Assembly (NCBI GenBank): GCA_903920865.1
Contig: CAIXNN010000036.1
Location: forward strand, 27,165 to 91,164
DNA from: an uncultured Actinomycetes bacterium
GTDB taxonomy: Bacteria; Actinomycetota; Actinomycetes; UBA12327
Reading direction: 5' to 3'
Length of the DNA: 64,000 nucleotides
The translations under genes were made by a program, and so were the position numbers. Of this stretch, positions 1 to 11,190 are shown one piece after another (within the stretch, counting starts at the first letter, position 1; every line of letters starts with the position of its first letter). A model generated the notes under the pieces. It did no database searches. It was given only the letters and a program-made list of their open reading frames with translations, and had not been told where the DNA came from.

Positions 1-2
1 AG

Positions 3-2549
3 GTGCTCCTAGAGAACATGCTGCGCACCGAAGACGGGGCAAATGTCACCGCTGGCCACGTTCGCGCGTTGGCGTCCTGGGATCCAACGGCTGAGCCAGA
101 CACGGAAATTCAATTCAGTCCAGCTCGAGTGATCATGCAGGACTTCACCGGCGTTCCCTGTGTCGTTGACCTGGCCACGATGCGTGAGGCCGTGCGCGAC
201 CTTGGTGGCGACGAATCAAAGGTCAACCCGCTAGCGCCAGCAGAACTTGTCATTGACCACTCCGTGATCGCAGACCACTTTGGCACCCCTGAGGCTTTTG
301 GACTGAACGTTGCGTTGGAATATGAACGCAATCAAGAGCGCTACCAGTTCCTGCGCTGGGGACAAGGCGCCTTTGATGAATTCAAAGTTGTTCCTCCCGG
401 CACCGGGATCGTGCACCAGGTCAATATTGAATACCTTGCCCGCGTGGTGATGGTCCGCAATGGTCAGGCTTACCCCGATACGGTCGTGGGAACTGACTCG
501 CACACCACGATGGTCAATGGTTTGGGTGTGCTTGGTTGGGGAGTGGGTGGCATTGAAGCTGAAGCGGCGATGTTGGGCCAGCCCGTTTCAATGTTGATTC
601 CGCGCGTTGTTGGATTCAAACTCTTTGGTGAACTGCCAGCCGGCGCCACGGCTACCGACCTTGTGTTGACCATCACCGAGATGTTGCGTGCCCATGGCGT
701 GGTCGGAAAATTTGTCGAGTTCTATGGTCAAGGAGTTGGCGCGGTTCCGCTGGCAAACCGGGCCACCATTGGAAATATGAGCCCGGAGTTTGGCTCAACG
801 TGTGCAATCTTTCCCATCGATGGTGAGACCACCACCTACCTGCGTTTGACCGGCCGTACCGAGGAGCAGATCGCACTCGTTGAGGCTTACGCCAAGGCTC
901 AGGGCTTGTGGCACGACCCAGCCCACGAACCGACCTACTCGGAGTATCTCGAACTAGACCTATCGAGCGTCGTACCTTCCATTGCAGGGCCCAAGCGTCC
1001 GCAAGATCGCGTGAGTTTGTCTGCGTCCAAGGAAAAGTTTGCGGCTGCGCTCCCGACCTACACAACCGAACCCAACAAAACTGTTTCGGTGACTTACGCT
1101 GACCAAACATTTGACCTGCGTAGCGGGGCAGTAGTGATCGCTTCGATTACCTCATGCACCAACACGTCAAACCCATCCGTGATGCTCGGTGCAGCCCTGT
1201 TGGCCAAGAAGGCCGTCGAAGCGGGATTGGCCAGTAAGCCGTGGGTTAAGACCACCTTGGCGCCCGGTTCAAAGGTTGTTACCGACTACTACGAGCGTTC
1301 GGGCTTGCAGCCGTACATGAACAAGCTGGGTTTTGATCTGGTCGGTTATGGCTGCGTGACCTGCATCGGAAACAGTGGGCCATTGCCGGCTCCGATTTCG
1401 GCCGCGATCAACGAAGCAGACTTAGCAGCCGTGTCCGTGCTTTCAGGAAACCGCAACTTTGAAGGTCGGATCAACCCCGATGTGAAGATGAACTACCTGG
1501 CGTCGCCGCCGCTAGTCGTGGCTTATGCTTTGGCCGGAACGATGGACTTCGACTTTGACACTGATCCATTGGGTCAGCGTGAAGATGGCAGCGATGTGTT
1601 CCTGCGTGATATTTGGCCAACACCGAGCGAAATTGAAGCCACGATTGCGCAAGCCATTGGCTCTGATTTGTATCGAGACCGCTATGCGGATGTTTTCGCT
1701 GGCGATGCTCGTTGGCAGGGGCTTCAGACGCCCAAGGGAAACGTTTTCCAGTGGGATCCGAAGTCAACCTATGTTCGTAAGCCCCCATATTTTGACGATA
1801 TGCCCCGCACTCCTGCGCCGGTTGTTGATATTTCTAGTGCACGCGTGCTGGCCAAGTTGGGTGATTCGGTAACCACCGACCACATCTCCCCAGCAGGTTC
1901 AATTAAGGCCGATTCGCCTGCGGGTGCTTACTTGGCAGAGCACGGCGTTGATCGCAAGGACTTCAACTCCTATGGATCACGCCGCGGTAACCATGAGGTC
2001 ATGATTCGTGGCACCTTTGCCAACATCCGTTTGAAGAACCTCCTCCTTGACGGTGTTGAGGGTGGATTCACCGTTGACTTCCTGGATGCAGACAAACCAC
2101 AGACAACCATTTACGAAGCCGCTGAGAACTATCAAGCACACGGTGTGGACTTGGTGATTTTGGCGGGGAAGGAATACGGCTCCGGTTCTTCACGTGACTG
2201 GGCCGCCAAGGGCACCGCGCTGCTGGGTGTCAAAGTGGTCATCGCTGAGTCCTATGAGCGCATTCACCGCTCGAACCTGATCGGCATGGGTGTGCTGCCG
2301 TTGCAATTCCCGGCAGGACAGACCGCAGATTCCCTCGGACTTACCGGCGAAGAGTCGTTCACGATTAAGGGCGTTACAGCTCTCAATGATGGGGTTACGC
2401 CAAAGAGTGTGGACGTGGAAGCGATCAAGGAAAATGGCGATGTGACAGCCTTCAGCGCTCCGGTTCGCATTGATACCCCCGGTGAGGCGGACTACTACCG
2501 TCATGGGGGGATTATGCAGTTTGTCTTGCGAAGCCTGCTGGAGTCCTAA
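3..2549 (+). CDS. acnA: Aconitate hydratase A, 5' end cut by the window edge; the C-terminal 848 aa are present
   Basis: Long ORF in frame from the window start. Translation has aconitase family hallmarks ([21 protein letters not shown], swivel-domain C-terminus). Typical length is ~890-940 aa, so the N-terminus lies outside the window. Confidence 0.93.
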   Translation: MLLENMLRTEDGANVTAGHVRALASWDPTAEPDTEIQFSPARVIMQDFTGVPCVVDLATMREAVRDLGGDESKVNPLAPAELVIDHSVIADHFGTPEAFGLNVALEYERNQERYQFLRWGQGAFDEFKVVPPGTGIVHQVNIEYLARVVMVRNGQAYPDTVVGTDSHTTMVNGLGVLGWGVGGIEAEAAMLGQPVSMLIPRVVGFKLFGELPAGATATDLVLTITEMLRAHGVVGKFVEFYGQGVGAVPLANRATIGNMSPEFGSTCAIFPIDGETTTYLRLTGRTEEQIALVEAYAKAQGLWHDPAHEPTYSEYLELDLSSVVPSIAGPKRPQDRVSLSASKEKFAAALPTYTTEPNKTVSVTYADQTFDLRSGAVVIASITSCTNTSNPSVMLGAALLAKKAVEAGLASKPWVKTTLAPGSKVVTDYYERSGLQPYMNKLGFDLVGYGCVTCIGNSGPLPAPISAAINEADLAAVSVLSGNRNFEGRINPDVKMNYLASPPLVVAYALAGTMDFDFDTDPLGQREDGSDVFLRDIWPTPSEIEATIAQAIGSDLYRDRYADVFAGDARWQGLQTPKGNVFQWDPKSTYVRKPPYFDDMPRTPAPVVDISSARVLAKLGDSVTTDHISPAGSIKADSPAGAYLAEHGVDRKDFNSYGSRRGNHEVMIRGTFANIRLKNLLLDGVEGGFTVDFLDADKPQTTIYEAAENYQAHGVDLVILAGKEYGSGSSRDWAAKGTALLGVKVVIAESYERIHRSNLIGMGVLPLQFPAGQTADSLGLTGEESFTIKGVTALNDGVTPKSVDVEAIKENGDVTAFSAPVRIDTPGEADYYRHGGIMQFVLRSLLES

Positions 2550-2671
2550 TTTAGGCTCAGATGTGCTCGCTTTAGGCACGAGATTGTGGTGCCGTTGGTT
2601 GAGCACACGCCTAGACTTAGGGCAGACCGCAGGCAGCTAGCGCAATAGTGATTCAGAAGGGGCTGGTGGGC

Positions 2672-4591
2672 ATGAGTTTGCTTGAGACCATCCGCAGTCC
2701 CCGTGATCTTCGTGATCTCAATGAGGACGAGTTGCGCCAACTCTCTCGTGAGATTCGTGCTTTTTTGGTTGATGCGGTCTCGGCTACCGGGGGACACCTG
2801 GGACCCAACCTTGGCGCGGTGGAATTAACCATCGCACTTCATCGAGTTTTCGAATCTCCAAATGATGCGATTATCTGGGACACCGGTCACCAAACCTATG
2901 TCCACAAGATGTTGACCGGACGTGCAAAAGACTTTGATCGATTGCGTGCCAAGGGTGGTTTAAGTGGTTACCCAAGTCGGGCTGAATCTGAGCATGACAT
3001 CGTCGAAAATTCGCATGCATCAACATCGCTGAGTTATGCCGATGGGCTGGCCAAAGCCTGGGAACTGCGCGGTGAATTGAGCAAGCGTCATGTGGTGGCC
3101 GTTATTGGTGATGGGGCATTGACCGGTGGAATGGCCTGGGAGGCGCTGAACAACATTGCTGGCGCCAAGCATCGTCCGCTCGTGATCGTGGTCAATGACA
3201 ACGAACGCTCCTACGCACCAACCATCGGCGGCCTGGCCGATCACTTGGCTGCATTGCGGACCACCAGCGGCTATGAACGATTCCTGGACTGGGGTCGGCA
3301 GCGACTTGAACGGGTTCCTATGGGCTCGCCCATCTACGAAACGTTGCATGGCATGAAGAAGGGCATCAAAGATGTCATCGCCCCGCAAGGCATGTTTGAG
3401 GACCTTGGTTTGAAGTACGTCGGACCCGTTGATGGTCATGACTTGCCCGCTCTTGAGCGCGCATTGAGTCGGGCTAAAGGATTCGATGGTCCGGTGATTG
3501 TGCATGCGATCACCACAAAGGGTTACGGGTATGCACCGGCGGAAAATGACGAAGCAGATCGATTCCATGGCATTGGTGTCATCGATCCAATGACGGGTCG
3601 CTCAACGGTGACCAGTGGACCAACGTGGACCGGTGCGTTCTCCGATGAGTTAGTGCGCATTGGTGACCAACGAGAAGATGTCGTAGCTATCACGGCGGCC
3701 ATGATGGCGCCTACGGGTTTGACAGACTTTGCGCAACGTTTTCCAAAGCGAGTTTTTGACGTCGGAATTGCTGAACAGCATGCTGTTACTTCGGCTGCTG
3801 GAATGGCTTTGGGTGGCCTACATCCCATTGTTGCCGTGTATGCAACCTTCCTTAATCGCGCGCTAGACCAGGTGTTGATGGATGCGGCCTTGCATTCGGC
3901 CGGCGTAACTTTTGTTTTGGATCGGGCCGGCATTACCGGTGATGACGGGGCAAGCCATAACGGCATGTGGGACATGTCGATGCTTCAAATGGTGCCGACC
4001 TTGCGCCTTGCAGCCCCACGAGATGGCGCAAGTTTGCGTCAGGAGCTTGGTGAGGCTCTCGATGTCGATGATGCGCCGACGGTTGTGCGCTTTCCCAAGG
4101 GTGCGTTGCCGGAGGATATTCCGGCCATCGCGCGGGAAGGTGAGGCCGATATTTTGCGTCGTGGCGAGAATGATCGGGTGCTCATCGTGGCCGTTGGCGG
4201 CTTAGTGGGCCTGGGCCTTGAAGTGGCGCACACCTTAGAACAGCAAGGAATTGGAGCCACCGTCGTGGACCCACGTTGGGTCAAGCCAGTGGATCCGGCT
4301 CTTGTGACCATGACGAAGAAGTATGAAGCCGTGATCACGATCGAAGATGGGGTTCGGGTCGGTGGTGTGGGGTCCACGATTGCGCAGGCTATGCGCGATG
4401 CGCAGATTACAACTCTGATCAATAACCACGGAATTCCGCTGGCTTTCCTTGATCAAGGTAAACGTGCTGAGATTCTTCTCGAATGTGGTTTGACTGCCGA
4501 ACACATTGCACAGTCGATCACCAAAACGCTGCTCTCAGATTCTGGGTTACCGATCCAAAAATCCACGAAGAGCGAATTCAACCAAGTTTGA
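2672..4591 (+). CDS. dxs: 1-deoxy-D-xylulose-5-phosphate synthase
   Basis: 639 aa from the ATG at 2672 (the ORF track begins at GTG 2648). The N-terminus [16 protein letters not shown]...[18 protein letters not shown] is the canonical DXS TPP-binding start. A purine-rich stretch precedes the ATG. Confidence 0.93.
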   Translation: MSLLETIRSPRDLRDLNEDELRQLSREIRAFLVDAVSATGGHLGPNLGAVELTIALHRVFESPNDAIIWDTGHQTYVHKMLTGRAKDFDRLRAKGGLSGYPSRAESEHDIVENSHASTSLSYADGLAKAWELRGELSKRHVVAVIGDGALTGGMAWEALNNIAGAKHRPLVIVVNDNERSYAPTIGGLADHLAALRTTSGYERFLDWGRQRLERVPMGSPIYETLHGMKKGIKDVIAPQGMFEDLGLKYVGPVDGHDLPALERALSRAKGFDGPVIVHAITTKGYGYAPAENDEADRFHGIGVIDPMTGRSTVTSGPTWTGAFSDELVRIGDQREDVVAITAAMMAPTGLTDFAQRFPKRVFDVGIAEQHAVTSAAGMALGGLHPIVAVYATFLNRALDQVLMDAALHSAGVTFVLDRAGITGDDGASHNGMWDMSMLQMVPTLRLAAPRDGASLRQELGEALDVDDAPTVVRFPKGALPEDIPAIAREGEADILRRGENDRVLIVAVGGLVGLGLEVAHTLEQQGIGATVVDPRWVKPVDPALVTMTKKYEAVITIEDGVRVGGVGSTIAQAMRDAQITTLINNHGIPLAFLDQGKRAEILLECGLTAEHIAQSITKTLLSDSGLPIQKSTKSEFNQV

Positions 4592-5386
4592 TCCATCCTT
4601 GGCCGGCCACACCCCATCGGCGGTGACCAAAACGGCTACCGAAAATCCTCGGTCCTGTGCTGTGGTGGCCGCGGCGGCGCCACGAGTAAAGGCTGAATCA
4701 AGGTGGTTGGGATCAACCCAGCCCCGCGTTCGCATCGGAACCGCTAGAGCTCGCATCCCCACCTCATGGTGGCTGGCCAAGGCCGTGCGGAAAGTCGTTG
4801 AGCCCAGCAAAGTGATCACATCGCACGAACCCATCGGGCGCAAGGTCTGGGACGGGTCACTCTTGTGGCGCTTCGAAGCCAACTGAGCCATCGTGTCCAA
4901 GTAGTCCAGAGCCGATTCCCAGCATCGCTGTGGATCAAGGTCCAGGATCTCCAACAGTCCGGCCGGGACCACCGTGGCCTGTCGTTGCAGGTGCAACTGT
5001 TCTTTGATGCCTAATCCACGATGGATTAGTTCACCCGGGACTACATCGCGCACCCATTCCTGGCCTGGGTGATTGTCACAGTCATGGGGAAGGGCAATGA
5101 CGCAAAACTGATCAAAGAAAGCAGAGCTTTCAAGAGTTACTGCGCTGTCACACAGATCCCGAGCCAACGTGAACCATTGAGTAAGTGCCGAGCGAGTAGC
5201 TGTATTTGTTGGATCGTCGGTTTCCCCAACGATGCCGGCCACGCGCTCCCAGGAAATGAAAATGTCTTTGCTTGCATTGGTTCCCGGTGTTGCCGGAAGA
5301 ACGACGCCACCTGCATGGGGCGTGAGATCAACGCCATCAAGGACGCAGACCATCAGGACGGCCTGGCGCAATTGGGTAGGGGTCAT
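4547..5386 (-). CDS. Hypothetical protein; true start uncertain, may be an internal Met
   Basis: The only protein-like ORF in the dxs-FTR1 gap. Composition is consistent with coding, unlike the Arg/Pro-rich shadow ORFs on the other strand. No motif I can assign. Its 3' end overlaps the dxs 3' end by 45 nt, convergently. Confidence 0.35.
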   Translation of the reverse strand: MTPTQLRQAVLMVCVLDGVDLTPHAGGVVLPATPGTNASKDIFISWERVAGIVGETDDPTNTATRSALTQWFTLARDLCDSAVTLESSAFFDQFCVIALPHDCDNHPGQEWVRDVVPGELIHRGLGIKEQLHLQRQATVVPAGLLEILDLDPQRCWESALDYLDTMAQLASKRHKSDPSQTLRPMGSCDVITLLGSTTFRTALASHHEVGMRALAVPMRTRGWVDPNHLDSAFTRGAAAATTAQDRGFSVAVLVTADGVWPAKDGSNLVEFALRGFLDR

Positions 5387-5455
5387 GTCAACACGGTAGC
5401 AAGGTGCAGCGCAGATTCTTACTCAACTGCTTGCGCCAAATTAGTGATTGACTCA

Positions 5456-6322
5456 TTAAGACTTCACTGCTTTGGGGGATTTAGCCGGCGAATCCGGCGA
5501 ATCTGACGCCTTCGACGACGACGCCGCTGACATTGGCCGGAAGTAGGCAAAGGTCACTGATGCAACAAAGCACACCCAGACCACGACTTGGAGGACGGTG
5601 GTCTTGGCGTTGAAGTTGATCGTGCCTTCAAGCAGAGCCCCGTACCAAGAATTCGGATTGATGGTCGAGCTGACATCGAACGCCAAATTTTCTGCGCCAG
5701 GCAGCCAGCCAATTTCTTGGAATTCGTGGACTGCGGCACTGAGCACTCCGGCTGCAACGATGATTAAGAATGCTCCAGTCCAGCGAAAGAATACGGAAAG
5801 GTTGATCTTTACCGTGCGCTTGTAGAGCAGGTAGCCAAGTACCACCGAAGTAGCAAGCCCAAGGGCTGCGCCAATGATGGGAATGGCGGTATCCCCGGTG
5901 GCTTTGATCGCCGACCAGATGAAGATGGCGGTTTCAAACCCTTCGCGGGCCACAGCGATAAAAGCAAGGGTGATCATCGCGGAGGTGCCGACCACGAGCG
6001 CTTCATCAACCTTTTCTCGAAGTTCACCGCTAATGGTTGCCGACACCTTCCGCATCCAAAAAATCATCCAGGTGACGCCGGCAACGGCGAGCAACGAAAC
6101 CGTGCCTGTGAAGGCTGGTTCGAACTTAGCGGGAAGGTTGGTTGACGTCAGATCGATCAGGGCTGCGAAGATCAAGCAGGCCACGATGGCCAAACTCACG
6201 CCGGTCCACACCGCTCGCACCTGTTCGCGGCGATCAATTTTGATCAGATGGGCGATCAAAATTGACACCACGATGGCCGCTTCGAGGCCTTCACGAAGCC
6301 CGATCACGAAGTTGCCCAGCAT
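5456..6322 (-). CDS. FTR1/EfeU-family high-affinity iron permease
   Basis: 288-aa polytopic membrane protein with two RExxE motifs (REGLEAA near the N-terminus, REGFETA mid-protein), diagnostic of the FTR1 iron permease family. No efeO/efeB partner genes are adjacent. Confidence 0.8.
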   Translation of the reverse strand: MLGNFVIGLREGLEAAIVVSILIAHLIKIDRREQVRAVWTGVSLAIVACLIFAALIDLTSTNLPAKFEPAFTGTVSLLAVAGVTWMIFWMRKVSATISGELREKVDEALVVGTSAMITLAFIAVAREGFETAIFIWSAIKATGDTAIPIIGAALGLATSVVLGYLLYKRTVKINLSVFFRWTGAFLIIVAAGVLSAAVHEFQEIGWLPGAENLAFDVSSTINPNSWYGALLEGTINFNAKTTVLQVVVWVCFVASVTFAYFRPMSAASSSKASDSPDSPAKSPKAVKS

Positions 6323-6351
6323 GTGTTCCGCCTATGGTTAAAACGCTCTAC

Positions 6352-6370
6352 TTAGGTAATCCTAAGTTTA
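6352..6370. promoter_or_regulatory. Candidate DtxR/IdeR-type iron box upstream of the FTR1 permease gene
   Basis: Sequence TTAGGTAATCCTAAGTTTA (local palindrome CTTAGGTAATCCTAAG) lies 30-48 nt upstream of the permease start codon. It matches about 14 of 19 positions of the consensus iron box TTAGGTTAGCCTAACCTAA, recalled from memory. Confidence 0.35.
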
Positions 6371-6372
6371 TG

Positions 6373-7680
6373 TCATTCAGGTGCGGATTGCCCATCTGGC
6401 TGGCTTGATGGGCTTGGTAGCGGCTGCGGTGCCTGTCCGGTCTGGCTGGCCGTGGCGATGGCGCTGCAGATGGCTTCCACGGTCAAGTTGCGCTGCCAGG
6501 GGCGGGCTCCCCAGGTGGTGAGAAATTCATCGGCTGCCTGGGCATCGGGGTTGTCATCGTTAGACCACGGGGGAGTCCAACAAAGCCGCCGCAGATAGTC
6601 AGGAGTGAGCAGATTTTCCACCGGAATGTTGTGCCGTTCACCAAGTTCTGTTACGACGTGGCGAGCGGCAGCCAATCGCAGCGCCGCTGACTTGTCGCGC
6701 TCAGGCCATGCGCGCGCAGGGGGCGGACTATCGGAAGGAACTGAGGGAGCCGGCCACTGTTGCGCTGAAAGTTGGAGGGCGGCGTTAACTGCGCCCAGCC
6801 ACTTGCGCGTATTGCGTTGCGCACCTTTGCCTTTAAATCCATCAAGCACGATCAGCTCGGCTTCGGTCTTGGGTGCGGCCAGAGCAGCCTCAACGATGGC
6901 GATGTCTTGCAGGATTCGCCCAGGAGCGATGTCTCGTTGTTGCGCAATCTCATCGCGGGTTTGCCAAAGCTGCCTAACGATGGCAAGTTGCTGGCTTTGA
7001 CGCACCCGATGAAGACCAGAGACTCGTCGCCAAGGATCAACTCGAGGTTCGGCTGGCGGGGCATTGACGATAGCTTCGAATTCTTCTTGCGCCCATTGGG
7101 TTTTCCCTTGATCTTCAAGGTCTTTGGCTAACGCATGGCGCAATTCGATAAGCACCTCAACATCGAGCACGGCGTAGCGCAACCACGGCGCCGGAAGCGG
7201 GCGGGTGGACCAGTCTGCGGCGCCGTGCCCCTTTTCAAGTCGAAGGCCTAAGACCTCCTCAACGAGTGGTCCGAGCCCAACTCTTGCCTTGCCGGCAATG
7301 CGGCCGGCAAGCTCGGTGTCGAATAAAGAGGTCGGACTCATGTCAAGTTCACGCAGGCAGGGAAGATCTTGCGAAGCTGCATGCAAAATCCACTCGGTTC
7401 CTTCAAGTGCGTCATGGACCGAGCGAAGGTGATCGAGATTGATCGGGTCGATCAGGAAACTTCCGGCACCTTCGCGCTTAAGTTGCACCAGGTAGGCGCG
7501 TTGCCCGTAGCGATAACCAGACGCCCGCTCGGCGTCAATGGCAACCGGACCGGTCCCGCCGGCAAGCGCGCGGGCTGCTGCCTCAATTTCTGATGCATTT
7601 GAGAGAACCAGTGGCACCCCGCCGGCTGGTTCGAGCAAAGCAAGCTCAACAGCTGCTGGTACGGGCTGAACTTCGGTCAT
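6373..7680 (-). CDS. rnd: Ribonuclease D-like 3'-5' exonuclease with HRDC domain
   Basis: 435 aa. The N-terminal DEDDy-type exonuclease region (AIDAERASGYRYGQRAYLVQL) is followed by an HRDC-like helical region. Its position next to dxs matches the Rv2681/Rv2682c arrangement. Confidence 0.8.
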   Translation of the reverse strand: MTEVQPVPAAVELALLEPAGGVPLVLSNASEIEAAARALAGGTGPVAIDAERASGYRYGQRAYLVQLKREGAGSFLIDPINLDHLRSVHDALEGTEWILHAASQDLPCLRELDMSPTSLFDTELAGRIAGKARVGLGPLVEEVLGLRLEKGHGAADWSTRPLPAPWLRYAVLDVEVLIELRHALAKDLEDQGKTQWAQEEFEAIVNAPPAEPRVDPWRRVSGLHRVRQSQQLAIVRQLWQTRDEIAQQRDIAPGRILQDIAIVEAALAAPKTEAELIVLDGFKGKGAQRNTRKWLGAVNAALQLSAQQWPAPSVPSDSPPPARAWPERDKSAALRLAAARHVVTELGERHNIPVENLLTPDYLRRLCWTPPWSNDDNPDAQAADEFLTTWGARPWQRNLTVEAICSAIATASQTGQAPQPLPSPSSQPDGQSAPE

Positions 7681-7785
7681 TGGACAAACTTAGGTGCAGG
7701 CGTGGTGGAGATTGTTCAGGCGCACCCACGCGGCTCAACGGCCTCAGTGCTAAGGCAAGGTGGTTGACTGACGTGAGGTCGGGCC

Positions 7786-8418
7786 TTAGGTGATTAAGCC
7801 GGCTCGAAGAGCCAGGACCACCATCTCGGCGCGGTCTCCAGTTCCAAGCTTGCGGGCAATGCGCGCAAGGTGACTTTTAACCGTCAATGCTGACAGACCC
7901 AAGGCTTGTGCGACGTCGCGATTTCCTTGACCTTCTGCCACAAGATGTAGAACTTCAATTTCTCGATCTGAGAGTCCATCGGGTCCGATCGGATCACTGG
8001 TTTGGGGAGTGATGATGGTGACGTTGCCCGATAGTGGACGCGCTTGAATGCGTTCTGGATGGGTCACAACGTAACCGTGGATGCCAGCAGCTAAGGCAGT
8101 GCGCACCGAGGATGCGTCATCACTTGGCCCTAGAACAACCCCGCGCTGCCAGCCAGCTCGTCGAAGTTCGGTGACCAGTGCCACTCCACTTCCATCGATC
8201 AACGTGCTATCTGCAATGACTAAATCACCTGGATCAATGGTCAAAGATTGGGAACGAGCTCCGGCCAGGCTTGTGGTTTCAAAGATTTCTCGGGCCCCAA
8301 GGGAGTGCAACCGACGAACCAGCGCACCACGAACGGCAGGGCGACTAACTGCAACAAGGGCAGTAAATTGGCCCGCACGATTGACCGGGATCAGAGGGCG
8401 CTCCGACAGGGCGGTCAT
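7786..8418 (-). CDS. LuxR-family transcriptional regulator (GerE-type HTH, receiver-like N-terminus)
   Basis: C-terminal LSDREIEVLHLVAEGQGNRDVAQALGLSALTVKSHLARIARKLG is a classic LuxR/GerE HTH. The N-terminal ~120 aa are receiver-like, but I could not confirm a phospho-acceptor Asp. Confidence 0.75.
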   Translation of the reverse strand: MTALSERPLIPVNRAGQFTALVAVSRPAVRGALVRRLHSLGAREIFETTSLAGARSQSLTIDPGDLVIADSTLIDGSGVALVTELRRAGWQRGVVLGPSDDASSVRTALAAGIHGYVVTHPERIQARPLSGNVTIITPQTSDPIGPDGLSDREIEVLHLVAEGQGNRDVAQALGLSALTVKSHLARIARKLGTGDRAEMVVLALRAGLIT

Positions 8419-8504
8419 AGGGCTCCTCCCAAACTGATGGACAAACGTGTCACGGTGTCACGTCGCCTAACCAGTATCGGCATGAGCAGGAGGGTTCTTG
8501 AGGC

Positions 8505-9098
8505 CTAATTCCGCCGTGGTTGAAGGGGAATGGTGGCCACACCAGGCGGCAAATTCTCAAGCCCTGCGGCGGTGGCCATCAGGTCAATCCACGCGCTCAG
8601 GTGCCCACCCATGGTGGTCGGGGCGGTGAGCCCGTCGGGGGTCCAAGATGCCCGCACCTCAAGGTTGGCTTCCGGGGAGCGGTCTTCAAGTTCCCCAAAG
8701 GATTGGGAGCGCACCTGAGTCACGGTGCCACCCAACATGGAAAATTCGCATTCGTGAGTTTCTAACGCTTCAGTAAGCCACGACCAGCCAACCTCATGGG
8801 CCATGGGATCGGCGGCCATTTCGGCTTCTATGTCTGCTCTTACAAAGGTGACAACGCGAAATGTTCCGTTCCATGAACTGTGCCCATCGGGATCATGCAG
8901 TAGAACAAATCGTCCCGTGCCGATGTCTTGATCATCGATGACAACATCTGCGGTGAGTGCCACCGAAAAGGGAGCAAGTCGTTGTGGGGCTGGCGCTTCA
9001 TCAAGCAAAATTTCTGGACGAACTCGCACCGATCGCATGCCATCAAGGGCAACCCGAAAAGGCTCTGGAGCATCTTCTTGTGGGGCCGGCGCGTTCAT
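8505..9098 (-). CDS. Conserved actinobacterial hypothetical protein (DUF3000-like)
   Basis: 197 aa. Motifs LAPFSVALTADV...GRFVLLHDPDG...VVTFVRADIEAEM resemble the DUF3000 family, which lies near rnd/dxs in mycobacteria. This assignment is from memory. Confidence 0.5.
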   Translation of the reverse strand: MNAPAPQEDAPEPFRVALDGMRSVRVRPEILLDEAPAPQRLAPFSVALTADVVIDDQDIGTGRFVLLHDPDGHSSWNGTFRVVTFVRADIEAEMAADPMAHEVGWSWLTEALETHECEFSMLGGTVTQVRSQSFGELEDRSPEANLEVRASWTPDGLTAPTTMGGHLSAWIDLMATAAGLENLPPGVATIPLQPRRN

Positions 9099-9200
9099 TA
9101 CTCACAGAGTAGGTCGCGCTGGCTGTTGAACTGTAGAACCGACCGTGTCGCAGGGGTGCGGCGTGTCGGATCAACCGGTGGCCGCCGATAGCCTCAGGGC

Positions 9201-10088
9201 ATGCCAGTCCTGCTTGCTCTGTTCTCAAGTGCATTGTGGGGAACTGCTGACTTCCTTGGTGGGAACCTGACCAAGAGGATGTCCAGCTATGTGGTGGTCG
9301 GCTGGTCACAAGCCTTCGGTCTGGCTTCTGTAGTCCTGATTTGCTCAACCTTCCATGGCTGGGGTAACTGGGCCTCGGTGCTGTGGGTGGGCGTAGGCAC
9401 CGGCGTCAGCGCGTACTTCGCGTTGGTGTTCTTCTACTCAGCGTTGAGTCAGGGAACGATGGGTGTGGTTGCTCCTATTACGGCAACAGGTGCCGTGGTT
9501 CCGGTGCTCTTTGGCCTACTCACCGGCGATAAGCCTTCTTGGTTGCAGGGGGCCGGAATAGCCGTGGCTTTCATTGGAGTCATAGCTGCTAGCGGCCCAG
9601 AAATCTCCGGTCGGAACGAATCGGGATGGCGGCCACTTGTTCTAGCTGGTTTATCGGCCATCGGATTTGGAGTGGCTCTAAGTTTTCTTGCCGTCGGCAG
9701 TCGCACAGACGTGGTGGCCACCCTTGGTGTTGAACGCGTAGTCACTGTTGGATTAGCTCTGGGCAGTTTGGCCGTTGCACTGATTCGCCAGCGATCTGGT
9801 CATGGTGGAAAAGGTTCAGTTCTGACTCGGGCTCGAGATTTAGTTGCACTGTCGAGGCCGGACGTGGTGGCCACAGCCGCTATTGGAATCTTTGACATCG
9901 GCGCAAACATTGCTTTTGGTGTCAGTACGACTTTGGGTCTTTTGTCCATTGTCGCCATTGGCGGATCGCTTTACCCGGTGGTGACGGTGATTTTGGCCGG
10001 AATTGTTTTGAAAGAGCGATTGGCCAGAATTGAAAAAATCGGTGTGAGTTTGGCGTTACTTGGAGTGTTGTTGATCTCGGCTGGCTGA
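9201..10088 (+). CDS. EamA/DMT-family transporter
   Basis: 295 aa with ~10 hydrophobic segments in two repeated halves, typical of the drug/metabolite transporter superfamily. Confidence 0.75.
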   Translation: MPVLLALFSSALWGTADFLGGNLTKRMSSYVVVGWSQAFGLASVVLICSTFHGWGNWASVLWVGVGTGVSAYFALVFFYSALSQGTMGVVAPITATGAVVPVLFGLLTGDKPSWLQGAGIAVAFIGVIAASGPEISGRNESGWRPLVLAGLSAIGFGVALSFLAVGSRTDVVATLGVERVVTVGLALGSLAVALIRQRSGHGGKGSVLTRARDLVALSRPDVVATAAIGIFDIGANIAFGVSTTLGLLSIVAIGGSLYPVVTVILAGIVLKERLARIEKIGVSLALLGVLLISAG

Positions 10089-10090
10089 TC

Positions 10091-10564
10091 TCAATCCGAA
10101 GTCTGTTGGTCGGATGGCGATGTCGCTTCAGTTTCCAAACTGATGCTCAAGGAATTAATGCAGTACCGAAGGTCAGTGGGTGTGGGGTAGCCCTCACCGG
10201 AAAAGACATGGCCCAGGTGCGATCCGCAGGCCGCGCACCGGACCTCAGTGCGCGACATTCCCATCGAGCGATCAACAATTTCCTCAATGCGCTCCTGTGC
10301 CAGCGGGCTGAAAAATGAGGGCCAGCCACAGTGGCTATCGAATTTTGTCTCGGATCGAAACAGCTCGGTTTGGCAGGCCCGACACCGGTAAACGCCATCG
10401 GTCTTGGTGTCGGTGTACTCGCCCACCCATGCTGGTTCGGTTCCGGCTCGACGCAAGACCTGATACTCAGCCGCAGTGAGCAGTTCTTTCCATTGTTCAT
10501 CGGTGCGTTCAATGGGGTAAGAACGCTTGTCGGAACTTGGCTTGTCTGAACTGAAAAATCCCAT
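10091..10564 (-). CDS. msrB: Peptide-methionine (R)-S-oxide reductase MsrB
   Basis: SelR domain with two CxxC zinc pairs (CRACQ, CAACG) and the catalytic region RYCINSLSI, HLGHVF. Confidence 0.9.
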   Translation of the reverse strand: MGFFSSDKPSSDKRSYPIERTDEQWKELLTAAEYQVLRRAGTEPAWVGEYTDTKTDGVYRCRACQTELFRSETKFDSHCGWPSFFSPLAQERIEEIVDRSMGMSRTEVRCAACGSHLGHVFSGEGYPTPTDLRYCINSLSISLETEATSPSDQQTSD

Positions 10565-10610
10565 GACTTAACCCCTAGAGGTCGAAACTCAAATTTGCTC
10601 GCGCAGGAAC

Positions 10611-11126
10611 CTACGGACCAGTGGGAACGACAAATCCAGGGTTTTGACCACCTGGATTAATTGATCCGCTCTGGGCTGGTACCTGAATCGGTGCTTGGGT
10701 TTGCGCCGGGGCAGGGGTCGAACTTCCACCGGTCAGTGCGCGAATACCAAAAAATGCGCCAGCGATAACGGCGATTGCCACCAGCGCTGTCACGATGATG
10801 TTTCCGCGCGAGAAGCGAGATTTTTTCTTGACCGGAGCCAGCTGACTTGCTGCTGGAGCTGCACCTGACTCGTCAGGTGAACTAAATGGACTGGCCGGCG
10901 GCGCAGGCGCAACGGGCGGAGGCAACGTTGATGTGGCTACAGCTGTCGCTGGTGTGACCGCTGGCGCTGCCAGCGGGGCGGGCTCGGCTTGATGACCGGT
11001 CCAGTCATTGCCATCCCAGTACTGAATCAGGGCAGGGTTGTCTGGGTCTTCATACCAGCCAGGAATAGGCGCTTGCTGTGTGTCGCCCATCTTTACTTCC
11101 TCCCCATTGGAGTGCCTAGGTAACAA
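10611..11126 (-). CDS. DUF2510-like motif protein with C-terminal transmembrane anchor
   Basis: N-terminal GWYEDPDNPALIQYWDGNDWTG motif, then a Pro/Ala-rich linker and one hydrophobic helix. The start is probably the Met at 11090 (MGDTQQ...). Confidence 0.6.
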   Translation of the reverse strand: MLPRHSNGEEVKMGDTQQAPIPGWYEDPDNPALIQYWDGNDWTGHQAEPAPLAAPAVTPATAVATSTLPPPVAPAPPASPFSSPDESGAAPAASQLAPVKKKSRFSRGNIIVTALVAIAVIAGAFFGIRALTGGSSTPAPAQTQAPIQVPAQSGSINPGGQNPGFVVPTGP

Positions 11127-11190
11127 GAGTAGAGCGATGGTGTTGCGTTAGGTCAAGACCTATTTGGACACAATTTCGCATCCGCTAGTT

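Noticed and set aside
673-1110. Antisense ORFs (145 aa here) inside acnA; many similar ORFs of 60-230 aa lie inside other large genes such as dxs, acs, alaS, relA, secD and thrS
   Set aside because: Typical high-GC shadow ORFs opposite well-supported genes. Compositions are Arg/Pro/Ser/Trp-rich and no motifs are present.
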